A stretch of 64,000 nucleotides of DNA. It comes from Acanthaster planci. Its lineage: Eukaryota. The position numbers and the translations under genes are program-made. This document shows positions 42,414 through 55,487 of this stretch, one piece after another. Each line of letters begins with the position of its first letter. Positions within the stretch are counted from its first letter, which is position 1. The stretch covers positions 2,716,204 through 2,780,203 of the forward strand of contig NW_019091362.1 in assembly GCF_001949145.1 (NCBI RefSeq), read 5' to 3'. The notes beneath the pieces were generated by a model. That model was not told the origin of the DNA, did no database searches, and saw nothing but the letters and a program-made list of their open reading frames with translations.

Positions 42414-42923
42414 ATGGGGAGTGAAGAGAATTTTCTAAGTATTTCCCAACAACATAGGTAAATGTTTCTCAGTCCAGAATTCATGTCTTTCCAACATTTC
42501 TGTAATGACTGACTTTTACTGAGATAATATATGATGAGAAAAGTGAAGTCTGGATGCAACATTTTTTCTGGTGTTTTGAACTTTTGAGGTTTGCTGTGCT
42601 TCTGACATATTGAAAGGTTGGGAAGATCCTCCATGGTCATGATGGTTCGCTTTTCCTCCTTTTTTTGGCCACACTAATGACCGTTTACAGTGAGATGAAA
42701 CGGTCCACGACACTGTCCCACTGAATTGTAGAAAGCTGCCACACGGTTGCACGCACTGCAACACCAGTTTGCTGTGAAACATCTCAAGACTCGACCAACA
42801 CAGAAAGGCAACACTATCCCGACTATCTTTTTATGAATAAAAGTTATACACAGAGTGTCTGGCTGTATTTATCAGATTATCCACTAATGTTAGAGAAGGT
42901 GAACAATGTGACTTTTTACTTAC

Positions 42924-43200
42924 CCTGTGGTCATTCCGTCAACAACTTCTCCCGATTTCGTACAGGTAGGTCACATGCAGGAGCGCTCGGAGCGTGCAGC
43001 CGGCCGGCCTAGCTTGATGCAAATCGTGACAGAAGTTTTGTGAGACAAATTTCGACACTTGCGTGAAACGATATTACTATGCGAAGAATGGAATCGAATA
43101 CTTACTCAGACTTCGATAGCCGGTACGTAGTCACTGTACTGTAGGCCTAACACCGAAAAGAATAGTATTCACCGTTCACGTTGTCTGAAAAGTGACCGAA
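42924..43200 (-). other. Candidate first exon(s) of the minus-strand gene
   Basis: Two perfect minus-strand GTAAGT donors (exon edges 42924 and 43106) in CpG-rich sequence; ATG ACC ACA GG (MTTG) directly precedes the 42924 donor. Upper coordinate approximate. Confidence 0.45.
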
Positions 43201-44381
43201 TACAACGAACAGTTGCTTGCATTGAGTACAGTCACAATTTTACATGTATTCCAGTAATTCAACTTCTCGTTACTTCATAGTCACGGCTATCCCGTGCAGG
43301 TCACGATGTGTCAACTTTGATAAGTTTGTGTCGTCAGATGTTTATAAAGGTAGTATACAAATCAAAAGAGAGAGAAAAAAAGTCTGATTTGTTCAAGTGC
43401 CATTGATTTCATTTTCAAATTTTATATTGTTTAGGGTTTTTTTTCGATTATATCGCACGGTTGATTTGGAATCGATACTATCATATATTTCAACAGCGTG
43501 CTGCAGCTTGACGGATATGGGGGCGCTAATTCAGAACCGTTTGCGAAGAAACGCCTCTTCACGTGTATGTTGATAAAGCACCGATATCATATCACCTGAT
43601 ACCAGCGCTGCTGTTATGTGGGGAATCACTTCTGGATTTTTTTTTAGGATATTCGATCAAGAAGAACAAATTATCGCCTTTGGATAGCATCTGTATCTTG
43701 TCTGTTTTTTTTCTCTCCTGTGTGTGGTTCGGCAGTCACAGGAAATAATCCAAAACACTTCCAAAAACTCGCGGTGATCACACGGTCCACCACCCCTGGA
43801 CAATGGTCAACAAAATCTCATCAACTAAACCAACAAGCTTATCTGCAAGGCAAATAATCCGAGTAGATTGAGCGGTTATTTATTGGCAGTTTACTCAAGG
43901 ATCAAATTCACATTCCGACTGAATGATCGACCGGAAGGTGTGATAATCTCCACACCAAGTGAGAAAAGAAAGCGGTGAGTGGTGATCACTAGAAAGGTCG
44001 CCGCGTCTGTCATACCCATCATGAACATTTCTTTGATGTGTGTTGCGTTTCTTCCCTGTATGTAGTCGGTCATTTTGCCAGTACTTAAAACAGAAATCCG
44101 GCAGATAAGACCATCATATGCCTTCGTATTGTTTTTCCGCATGAGTGGTACCTAAGGCCATGCATGTTTGAGTTATTGAGTATAACTGATGTGAGATTAA
44201 GTGGAGGATGGATCCAGAACAAAATCTTTTAAAAGGGACACTGGTTGAGTATTTCTTCATGTAACCTTCATATGGCCTTACTGGGGTGAGATAAGGGGAG
44301 TTTTGCGCCTTGTTAGAAAATGCACACACAGTCGCATCTCTTTATTTGAAAAACTTTTCTCTGTTCGAGGGGCATGCCCCC

Positions 44382-44640
44382 CGCGGCGTATCCAGTTTTT
44401 GGTGTGTGGGAGGGGGGGGGCAATTCAAAAACACGATATGTTGGGGAGAACAAATATCAAAAGCCTTACGTTCCCGACATCTTTGCTTTTAGTTTTACTT
44501 CCGTGATGTTGCTTTCTAAGGGTTTTTGCGCTAGTGATATCCATAAATAGGCCTAAGTATACCGACTACTTTCTTTCCTACTTACTTATGAAGTATTATT
44601 GATTTGTGAATGGAATCCCCCTCCGCTGGATACGCCACTG
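44382..44640. mobile_element. MITE with 8-bp TSD (hAT-like), nested in an older repeat
   Basis: TIRs cgcggcgtatccag / ctggatacgccactg; direct repeat atgccccc at 44374-44381 and 44641-44648. Confidence 0.8.
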
Positions 44641-45539
44641 ATGCCCCCCTCTCTACAGTCCCCCTGTTCATCAATGGGTTGAGTTAGTCTTTCTGATGGC
44701 GAAAGAAACTCTTTAATATGATATTATGTGGTCCTAATAGAAGTAGAGTAGGGGCCCGACAGCATTGTCATCGATTATTCTACTCAACTTAACACTGAGA
44801 AAGGTATATTGATTGGCCCCAAGAAATCCGATGTACTGGTTGTATTAAACCCCCGAACGTGCAAACGGACAGGGACAAGCAGCGATGGAAACTAGAACGA
44901 GTGCATAGGATGCTGTACTTGCACGCCAATCAGTCTGTACATCCACGAACGTTGACAGACAGTAAGGGATAACTTTCACTATACACTCCGTCAGCCAAAG
45001 CATTTTGTACAGAATATAACAAAGCTTTATAAAATATTTTCCTAGAAGTGTAGAACGCATGAACAATTCAACCGCAGGGTCAACAGAATTTATGTTCAGG
45101 ACGTGCCTAGGATTACCCGAAAGGGAGACTATATAGAAATGGCAGCAACTTGGGGGGGGGAAGCAACATTGAGAAGCAAAAAATAGGAAACGGACATCAA
45201 ATCCTGCAATCTGGTTCATTTTAAAAACAAATGTTCCAAATACAAATCTTCTGTTTTGTGATTGTAAAACATGTAGGATTACCGTGAGAGAATGTAGTCC
45301 AATCACTCGCAGCGTACGCCCTCGGTGTCTGTATTAAAAGGTGTTGCGCACTTTCACAAACTTTGTATGATACGATCCCTTCACCCCCCCCCCCAAAAAA
45401 AAATTGTATGGCAATAAACTAATGACAAGCTCCTGTCCAACAGAAAGGTGTTCAGTGGACCCCCATCGACCACTGAGCTAAAGTTGAAGTACGGAGAGTA
45501 AAGAAATATCAACTCCGTTTATCTTTGAAAGTCACGGTG

Positions 45540-45782
45540 AGGAATGCTTTCGCTCGTCACCCAACGGCTTGTTCGGGCGTTGGGCGACGAGCGACGCACT
45601 GTTTTTAATATTTTCGCCACAAGAATAATAACGAGGGCGCTATTCAAAGTACAAGCGGGCGGCACCAGCCGCAAAGAGCTAGCGGCTTCCGCTAGCTGGC
45701 CGCACCAGGTTCGCAGGTGTTCAAGTGACAAATAAAACTTAAGCCTTGCGTGTCAGTGATCGGTGCGGTCATTGACTGAACG
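45540..45782 (+). other. Candidate first (non-coding) exon of the plus-strand gene
   Basis: CpG/GC-rich block ending in donor-like ACG|gtgaga (45783), after which the plus strand becomes CpG-poor and T-rich. Start coordinate approximate. Confidence 0.45.
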
Positions 45783-47219
45783 GTGAGACGACGGGAAGAC
45801 AGAAGGTGAAACACTTAACTTTTCGAATAGCATTTGTTCCTTGTAAACGCTACAGAAAAATTATGAAAGTATTTTGGCGTGCACATATTGGGGATTGTGA
45901 ATTTGGGGACCCTGTTCCTATAATAGAAAGGAGACTGACATTTTACAAATATTTTTTTAGCTTTTGAAGTCACCTTGGTAGATGACTGTGACATCATGCT
46001 CAATAACTGTTGGATTAATGTTAAAAAAAGGGCAGGGTTTTTAATTTTGAGGGAAATTATGAGGGAACACTGAGTATTTTAAGACATGACACATTTTGGA
46101 TTCAACTGCGTGGTTGGCTAATAAGTAAGAAAGTCACATTTTCTCACAATTTACAATTTGAAATTTCCCCAAAGTAGGGTCAGCGCAATAAATTGTGTGT
46201 TTTTTTGGGAGAGGGAACTTATCAGTTTTGCAAGATTAAAATGACAAAAACACTGGAGGGGGTCCCCAAGTATAAAATCCCCCACGTCATGCCTTAAGTT
46301 GTAGGTATGTGAAATGAAATAAAGATAAATATCAGCAGATAAATATGAATGAAGCTAGGCCTATTTTTTTTTGGGGGGGGGAGGATTTAATATTCCTATC
46401 TATACGTATTATAAAGAGACACAAAGAAAAACTGTAACCCAAACTGAAGTCTTTTTAGGACTGATAATTTCATAACTGTTTAAAGACCTGGCATATTCAG
46501 TGGTAATTTCTCGGTAATTAAGCAGCAAAAGAATTTGAAAATGTTCTTCAGTACTTCTGAAAAGGAACAAAAAATAATGTCGCCACTAATTCATTATCGT
46601 AATTACAAGAAGAACAGGGCCAAACTCCAAGGCAAGACCAACCTGCTGAGTATGTGAGCAGTACAAAATGAAGATCCTGTCAAGATGGTTATGACATACA
46701 TGTGAAACTGCTGGTTATTTCTCAGTAAGTAACTGCAATATGATTAATGTTAATTAGTAGTAATTAATTAAATCAGAGAATAGATGTGGAATATGACAGT
46801 GAAGCAAACCACTGAAGTTTTCACTTAAATACTTCTGAAGACGGCTAGTTGGTCTTGCTGGGAGAACCATCTTCCTTTTTTTCTTTGGTGGCATTGTCCT
46901 CCACCTGCTGAATGATTTTAAGAACAAAAATTCAGTAATTGTGACACACAAAATGTAGGCCAAAAAGAAAGTCAAAGAAAAAAAGGGTTGAGAAATAGGC
47001 GAAGAAATATAGTCAAAGAATAATTGAGAAAGAAAAAATCCACATAATCCATTGATTCTGAGTATATGTACGCGTGTGCACAATAAATTTGTGCAAGAGT
47101 CAAGATTGCGCTTCACATTGCCGAACCTCATTGTTAAAAAAATTCAAATTTATTCAGTTGCTGAGGCCTGTTACCTTCACACATAAATAGGCCAAGGCAT
47201 ACATAGGGCCTACGCACTC

Positions 47220-47402
47220 TCCGGTTCATAAGTGACTTTGGTGGACGCACCACGATTTTGCAGGCTGCCATTGGACAATCGCTGAAGTTGTGCATTAACT
47301 TCTGGTTCCATGTAAATGGCGATCAAAGCATGTAACTGTATGTGCAGTGCATGTGCAGCGGGCGTGGTTTAAACTGAAGTGACGTCACACTTACAAACCA
47401 GA
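47220..47402. mobile_element. Possible degenerate MITE
   Basis: ccggttcataagtgac vs gtcacacttacaaaccag; shares agtgacgtcacactt with 13161-13175. Confidence 0.35.
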
Positions 47403-49448
47403 TTCAACATTTGTGAACAGTTGCAGTGTCATGAAATATCCCCAACCCCCAACCTCCCCCCATAAAAGACGTGGCAAACGTTATCACTTAAGGTATGATA
47501 TATAAACGCGATTTCAAAATTATGGCATGTGCACAATTATCATGACCCATCTCACAGGGTTTCAATTTCCATGCATCGCAATGTAGCTACACTGTCTGGT
47601 CTCTTGAGGATATGTTGTCACTTTTTGAACAAGATGAAAGCTGATATAACAAGGGGAAAATAAGGGATGTGCGTGGGCTATATATGTGTATGCTTAGAAC
47701 TTTTCCTGGGGCCTCACAGTCACACAGACTTGCAAGGTGCAAAGATTTTGCACAAATCTGATATGTCGCATTCACAAGCAGCAGTGGATCTGTCTATGAT
47801 GTCAGAAACTTGTTATTTTTGTTTCACGAATGCTGCATTGCTGCTTATTTTTGGTCTAGAGGATGGAGAATTGCTGAAATAGACTTGGGCTAAGCCTTAG
47901 ATAATGTGAGCTAGGCGTGACAGTATAAATGATTGGGGGCACTGCATGTAGTAGTAGGCCTAATTGTGAGCTGAATCAATTGATACTGTTTGATAACAAG
48001 GCCAGATTTTCCACTCTACCTGGAACTGGAGTAGGGGGAACCTATATCCATTTTCCCAGTTGACATTGTGGGATGACGTCACATCACCCATGACACAGGC
48101 CTACAGCTCATTTGCTCATGTTATAGCACACTTCTCCTGAGCACCTTCCCTGAGTTGGAGCTGTGCAGGAAGGACAATTACGGTGAAAATATCCCATTTC
48201 AAATATCTCAAGTTTGCTGACCCCCCCACAAGTTTAGCAATTACTCAAGCCAAATTTTGGAAAAGTTCAAGCAAGTAACATTACTGACCACTAGAAACTG
48301 CGAAAGTTGTGGCAAATTTGAGTGGTACATTAGAAAGAATACAGTATCCTCAGACTGATGCCGCCTTTTTCATCATAACCTCAGCTATGGTCAGTCCTCG
48401 CAAATATCTTTGAAAAAAAATGATTTTGAGATACATTGAATATTTACGTTTTATTAGAAAATCCTTTGACCAGTTTGTGTCTTACAATCAAACCTTTATG
48501 CATCTAGCACCTAAATACTTTTTTCCCTGCACATCTCACCTTGTCAGGAATCTTTGCATGCCTTCTGATTCCAAGTTATTTCTAGAACCATGGCTGCCAG
48601 GCAGGAAAATCTTAATATGTGGTTCGCTCTTTAAATCTAAAAGACCATCATGGCTTCTTGTTGCAGTTCTGTTTTTTTTTTTTTTTATTTAGAATCCAAA
48701 CACTGCACTTTTATCCATTGACTGTAGCTGTGCTAATTCTGATTATCAGTGAGACGTGTTATCAGCTCATCTCAAAGGCCAAGCGGATACGAGCTTATTA
48801 ATTATCACTTCCAAAATAGTCCCAGCCTGATGAGCAGACCGGTCATCAGCTGGGGAATGGCCACTGGAAATTCGAATCACTTATCTCCTTATTTGCCCCT
48901 GTGCCCTTTCTCTGACAATGAGTGTCGTCTCCTGTAAGTAGTTTGCTGTTTTGTTTCCTCCAGATAGCATCTGTAACAAAACATTTGTGGATAAACAGAG
49001 AACACCTAAGCATCATTTCTTCATAAAGAACACCCATGGTCAACATTTAAGGTAGGTCTTCTCAAAGCACTGACATTCAAGTTTGGGGTCTAGTGACCCA
49101 AATTAGAGGGTGTGTTTATAGGTATATTTGGGACCAGATACCTGTTTATATGATAAAACATAAAGAACACTTAACAGATGGCATTGGGTGCAATCTGGCC
49201 CGGTGGACCATGTGTCCGAAACAGGGCTCTTTTTGTACATAGGAAGCAGCACATTGTTCTGAATGTTTGAGGGGAATCTCCCCCACCTTGAATTCAACAA
49301 AGTGTTACCTTCAATTTGTACCAAAAATAGCTCTGTCGATCTCTAAACTGGAGTCATGACCACAGCACTTTTTTTTTTGAGCAGCACACTAGTTCTATTA
49401 CTATTAAAGTTTACACACATTTTATTCTAGGAATTGTTGTTTTTACAG

Positions 49449-49491
49449 GTACCTGGCTTGAAAAAATAGAACCGGGTTTTGATATGGACAG
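49449..49491 (+). other. Candidate small internal exon
   Basis: Acceptor gttgttttttacag, 43-nt exon, donor CAG|gtgggt. Confidence 0.3.
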
Positions 49492-50049
49492 GTGGGTATG
49501 GGCCTAATCCAAATCTTTAACTTTGTTGAGTAGTGGTGCATGGTTAGTAGCACTTGTAAAGTTTGGTGCTGTTCATTGTTAGAAAGGGTAAACTTGCATG
49601 TATATTACAGTGATGTATAGCCTTGTCAAACGTTCTGATTTAGAGAAGATATGGATATTTTGGCCGTCCCAACCTCAGCCAAACCCTCTATCGTGTTTTA
49701 TTTTGTTACTTGCCTTGCAGTTGTACACGACAAGTTCAGCATGCGTTTCTTTTCCTAAATCCCTATAACCTACCACTTCCTGTGTACTTATGCTTGGCAC
49801 TCAGTCTTCACTGAAGCAAGGTCTAAGTGGGATGTGACAGATGTGTCAATTCTATGGTACCTCATCATACCTTATCATAATGTTGCATTGATTGCCTGTT
49901 AGCATCTTCAAGTTTTTGTTTCCAGGATCATTTCTCAATTTTTTCTTTAGCAACTGATGTTTTACCTGTGCGGGTGACTCATGGAGTCACCGACACTGGG
50001 AAGTGACTACTGAGTGAACACATTGTGTATGAATGCATGTAGGCTTAAC

Positions 50050-50582
50050 ATCAGCTTCATGCAGAGAGCCAGTTGAGGGTGGCCTACTGAAACTCTCTTT
50101 GCCTCGAGGTGCATTTGGTTTTCCAGAATTTGGCTGTGAAAACTCTAGAAGTGGAAGAGTTCGAATTGTCCAAGGGGAAAGGAATCGCAGTTGGAATGGT
50201 CTTGATTTGGACGGGAGGGATCTTTTAGCATCAACCTGGGCACTGTTTTCTCTGATTCCTCCTGGGACTGGCAGACGCTCGGGGAGAGGAAATCACATCA
50301 AGTTTCGAGAAGATCGGGTCCTTGCCATTGCCTTCAGGGATACCTCAACTTGGCAGGCATTCAATAAGATTTGAAACTGTGGCCCCTGTAAATGGGACGT
50401 CCTGTCGTGGTCGTGGTCGGGGTGATGGAAAAGGTAAGGAAACACTGTCGAGGGAGGGGAGTAGGGGTGGCAGGGAATGCATTGAACGGAGAGTGGAGAG
50501 CGTGAAAAGTGACAGATTTTGAAATCGATGTCGTGGGTGTTTTGAGAGCATGGATAGATAAAAAAATCCTTCAGGATCACCA
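50050..50582 (+). other. Candidate alternative 5' UTR exon of the plus-strand gene
   Basis: GC/purine-rich block ending in CCA|gtaagt (50583); no ATG-initiated frame reaches the donor; AP-1-like palindrome just upstream. Start approximate. Confidence 0.35.
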
Positions 50583-53179
50583 GTAAGTATTCAAAAGTTT
50601 ATTTTCCATTTAGCCTAACTCCGAGGTTGGTTATAAATCCCTGAAAATTGTGAGTGCTCAGTGCAATGATACAGAAAACACATGAAATGATTCAAGCTGA
50701 CATGTTGTCGTTCTGACGGTTAATGCTGTTGTGTAAATTAGGCCAGGTCGATGCATTCAGGACCAGATTCATTTCCAGATACCAAATTTATTTTGGCATG
50801 AGTGAATAGTGCTGAATTTGCGGTTGATGCCTCGTCCAACAGTTGGTGCTTTGGGGCTGATTCTTCAACTAGAATCACTCATACAGGTGCACGTAAGCTT
50901 TTGCTGCGTAGAATCTATAATATTGAAAAGTTCACGAGTTGTTTGAAAACATACTGCTTTTATAGTCTTTGAGTTTTTATTCACGAGTTTTGGCCAAAAA
51001 ATTAAAAAGAACTTGCGCATTAAATCACAATAGTCTGTTTTCCTCTATGCACAAGTGGGCGCAGCTAATTGATATCCTCTTCCTGTTGCGTGCTTCAGAT
51101 GATGATGCTAAATCAACAGTTGATTAGCTGTGAGCAGGTGTCTCCATGTGTAAGAGATCCTTTAAGATCGTTGGCAATGATAGCTACATAACCAGTGAAC
51201 ATGTAAACGACGAATACCTTGCTATCTCCTGGTGTCAGGTGCATCTTGTTATGACACCAGGATAAAATTGACGGCATATTTGCTTCAGAAGGATTTCCTG
51301 CATCAAATGACATGGTTGGATTTTTTGGTGGATATTTAGTTTTTACACACTCTTTTGCCTTGGCAAGTCTTGTTTTCGTCAGCTCCTTGGTGCAGCTCCT
51401 TCGAATGTCAACCAGGAACTGGCACCAAGTCTACAGTCGTGATGATGAGTCAACAGTCTTCCTCTCATCCCACTGATCTCCTTGGCAAATGTCTTGGAAT
51501 CGGGGCCCCCCTTGATATGTTGCTTCCTGCGCAGGCTGCAAAACTGCTGTGGCTGTGCTCGGTGTAGCGCACGCTAGATTTTGAACGATGTTCACACTTT
51601 ATTAGATTTGGTGATAAGTCCACTCACACCAGTCTCACACGGGATGATTCTCGACTAGGAATCCCTCACGAGCTGTTGTGAATATTTCACTGAAGGGGTA
51701 TCAAGTATTGGGCACATTGTTTTTGCAGGTAAGATCTGTTATTTGAAATGTATACATTTTGGCCCTTCTTGGATATTTAGACTGGTTTTTAGTTGCTCTC
51801 TTGAAACATTTCATAAGTCATACGAACCGTATAACTGATGGAAAGTCACAGACTTTATATTACAGCTTATTTAGTGAGAAGGCAGGATGTGAGATCCTTG
51901 TTGAATTTATTTTGTGTACAAACTTCAGTAAATAATGATGTAGCCCTGCGGTAGTTACATAAATTGTTGTTTTCAAATGCAGTTCTGGGAGGAGGATAGT
52001 TTGTCTTTTTATTGCTTGAATATTTCCAGGGTTTGTATTGCCATCATGAAGAAAAGACTTTCTGACAGAATGTTCCCAAGGATTGTGAGAACATTGGCTA
52101 TTTTTCCACCTCATCAAATTTTGTGCAAAACTTTGGAAAAGTATATTTTAAAGCATGTCTTTAAAACAGTGACGAGTAATATTAACCTTTCTCTACCCAA
52201 GTGGAAAAAAGGGACCCGGGTCTCCCCTTTATTCTCTTGAAAAATTCTGGCTTCTTGCCCAAGGCTGAAAAACCTACAAGCACTACTGCACGAGTATCAC
52301 TCTCAAAAAATGCACAATCTGCTCCGAGCAGGAACAGAAGAGGGCGTGTTTTTAAATGAAATTGGCAGTCCTTTGGTATGAACTCACCGTATAGGTGTGC
52401 AAGTTTATGCATGTTTGATGTGGGGCATGCCCAGTACGTGCAGCGAATTTATTCTGCAGTGTATGGTCTTTGCGTGCACACCAAATGTGTGTAAGATTCT
52501 GGTTGGAAAACTTGATACCAGTCTGTCTTTCTTGTCTTTGTGAGGGTGCGCTTCAAATCGGGGGGGAGGGATATTGTTCTGCAAGTGGCAGGTTCTTTAA
52601 TTTCACAAATGAGTCTGGAAAGGGATGGGTATCCCCAAAAGGGGAAATCTTTTTCAAATAAAGTCTAAGTTTTAGTGGGGAAAATTCAGAAAATTGTAAG
52701 GATAGGGCAAAATCCATTGTTCAGGTTGTGATGTTTCGGCCATACTTTAAATTGGCGCGTACACAGGAAAGACCCTTATGGATCTAGGAATGCCCATGTT
52801 ATGGCATGTTTTTGCCCCTGGTGTGGAAAATTTTAGATTTAATGTCTTCCCTGATCACAGAGTTCAGTCTGAAACTTGATAAGAATTTGTACATACTTTT
52901 TCCTACCCAGTTACTGCCAGAGCAATGTCAGATTATTTATTTGTTTCTTTTTATCCAGTGACTTTCAATTTGTCAATGAGGGTTCAATCATGCCTTAATG
53001 CTCCTTTCACTCAACTCTTGAGGACACACTTGTTCTCTTCCACACATTTAAATCTTTTCAAAAGCAACCGAAGCAGTGTACAGTACAGAGGACAGAAAAA
53101 TCCTCTCTGGTGTCTCCACAAATCACTTTGTGGGGGAAAAGTCTGTTTATGGGCATTTGTCTGAAGACCCTCCAGTGGG

Positions 53180-53678
53180 NNNNNNNNNNNNNNNNNNNNN
53201 NNNNNNNNNNNNNNNNNNNNNNNNNNNNNNNNNNNNNNNNNNNNNNNNNNNNNNNNNNNNNNNNNNNNNNNNNNNNNNNNNNNNNNNNNNNNNNNNNNNN
53301 NNNNNNNNNNNNNNNNNNNNNNNNNNNNNNNNNNNNNNNNNNNNNNNNNNNNNNNNNNNNNNNNNNNNNNNNNNNNNNNNNNNNNNNNNNNNNNNNNNNN
53401 NNNNNNNNNNNNNNNNNNNNNNNNNNNNNNNNNNNNNNNNNNNNNNNNNNNNNNNNNNNNNNNNNNNNNNNNNNNNNNNNNNNNNNNNNNNNNNNNNNNN
53501 NNNNNNNNNNNNNNNNNNNNNNNNNNNNNNNNNNNNNNNNNNNNNNNNNNNNNNNNNNNNNNNNNNNNNNNNNNNNNNNNNNNNNNNNNNNNNNNNNNNN
53601 NNNNNNNNNNNNNNNNNNNNNNNNNNNNNNNNNNNNNNNNNNNNNNNNNNNNNNNNNNNNNNNNNNNNNNNNNNNNNN
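53180..53678. other. Assembly gap (499 N)
   Basis: Run of n. Confidence 1.
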
Positions 53679-53951
53679 CACTGGTCACTGTGACGGCACA
53701 CTCATTCTGTACCGCACTGTTGCATCCACTGGTCACTGTGACAGCACACTCATTCTGTACCTCACTGTTGCATCCACTGGTCACTGTGACTTCGCACTCA
53801 TTCTGTACCACACTGTTGCATCCACTGGTCACTGTGACGGCGCACTCATCCACTGGTCACTGTGACAGCACACTCATTCTGTTAGACCCAGTTTGTTTTG
53901 TCCACTGGTTGCTGTGACAGCGCGCTCGTTCTTTGCCACACTGTTGCATCC
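53679..53951. repeat. 48-bp minisatellite, probably extending into the 499-N gap
   Basis: Unit cactggtcactgtgacggcacactcattctgtaccgcactgttgcatc: three full units plus variant/partial units. Confidence 0.92.
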
Positions 53952-54767
53952 TAGAGTTGTAACAATTCACTGATGCGAAGGTAATCAGGATTCTAAAATG
54001 CCGCGATATGGCATTGCGATGCAAAAATGTGAATCGCGCTATTTGGGGGGAAGGGGGAATTGTGATAAAATGTGAAGTTGAAAAGAAAATTAGACCTGAT
54101 AGAAATTTAAATATATAGCTTTATATTTTTAATATCGCCTGTACTGATTACTCTTGCAAGAAATAGTTTGGATTGGTTCAACATCATGGACAACTCGCCG
54201 CACGTACATGTACATGTACATGAGGTAGGCCTACCTGACAATAGAACGCAAAAGTGACGGTCGGGCATGCCGCCATACCTTAACACCGATCTTGATGTGA
54301 TGAAGAAATTGGATGCATTTTGGACTTTATCCTTTCAGGTGTTAAACCACACCAGTTTATCAGGTTTAGACATTTTTTTCTTCCTTGCGTAAGCGCCGTT
54401 TTTTCTATGCGGTGCTATTTGATCATTGGTTCAGACACCGAACAGTACCAGAGCTCTGTAATGCACATGATCCGCAAGTGAATCTACGATAAAAAAAGTA
54501 GTGACTAACAATCTCCACTTTTACTTGCAGTAGCACACATTTCACTGTGAATTTATGGCTTGGAATAAGATTAGTACATTTTTGCTTTCGGCAAGGTGAT
54601 AGAGAGTTTCATGGCAACTGGCGCACGGCGTGCAAAGTTTTTGTGTCATTGTGCGGGGTTTGTACGAACTTTCAACCAATTTTTGGATATTAACTTATCG
54701 AAATGTCAGTGCAAGACAAAGATATAATTGTCTGAAGAGGCTCTGACTTGGATACAACCTTTACCTT

Positions 54768-54960
54768 CCACTCGTCACTGTGACGGTGCAATCCTTCTCT
54801 ACCACACTGTTGCATCCACTCGTCACTGTGACAGTGCACTCGTTCTGTATCACACGGTTGCCTCTGCTCTTCACTGTGATGGCGCAATAATTCTGTTAGA
54901 CACAATTTGTTTAATCCACTGGTTACAGCGTGCTCATTCTCTGCCACATTGATGCATCCA
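54768..54960. repeat. Second, more diverged array of the 48-bp minisatellite
   Basis: cactcgtcactgtgac units and the same variant attctgttagac..aatttgttt unit as 53876-53899. Confidence 0.85.
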
Positions 54961-55487
54961 CCATAACTGACATTTTAAAACCCCACTATTACAGATAGAA
55001 CTGGAATATATTCAAAAGCAAAGTATAGTACCCCCTCCCAAGAATGAATAAAAAAGACAAATAAAATCTGTTTGAAAAAATCACATTGTATGTTTCAGAT
55101 GATGAATGTGTTTCGGATGATACACATATTGAGATACATGTCCATTCTTTACATGCACAATTTTGGACGCTTAATGCCTGGCAAACAACACTGTAATTTG
55201 CTTGTGTGGTGTAAAACCGTCGGCCGTTTTGAACCTCCATATTCCTGCAAATACTGTGCTGTACATGTTCATGTATGTAAATGGCATATCCGTTTGTGTC
55301 GAATTTCAAAATAAATCATTTCAGAAAGAGGGTTATAGGCTTAGCAGTTTACCTTTTCCGCTTGAAGTGTTTTAAGGTTTAGGAGTAGTAGGTCTCTACC
55401 GTTCCTTCTGACATGCAATAATCTTTTTGTGAGTTAAATATGAATCCGATTGCACATAAATATAACAATTTGAATTCCCAAGACTAA

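Larger units (their letters stand above)
40300..45800. promoter_or_regulatory. CpG-rich domain containing the putative divergent promoter region
   Basis: CG dinucleotides visibly frequent here versus depleted flanks; outward-facing donors at 42924/43106 (minus) and 45782 (plus); A-rich plus strand to the left, T-rich to the right. Confidence 0.55.

Noticed and set aside
41742..42782. ORFs of 148 and 206 aa as a possible transposase
   Set aside because: No DDE, zinc-finger or other recognisable motif; composition looks non-coding.
53011..53917. Long ORFs of 184-280 aa, including repetitive VTVTSGCNS peptides
   Set aside because: Artefacts of the N gap plus a 48-bp (multiple of 3) minisatellite; open on both strands with no splice context.
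53679..53951. CRISPR-like array, or RAG recombination-signal array (CACTGTG is the reverse complement of the RSS heptamer)
   Set aside because: Units are wholly repeated with no unique spacers and no cas genes. No ACAAAAACC-like nonamer at 12-bp spacing and only a 5/9 match at 23 bp.
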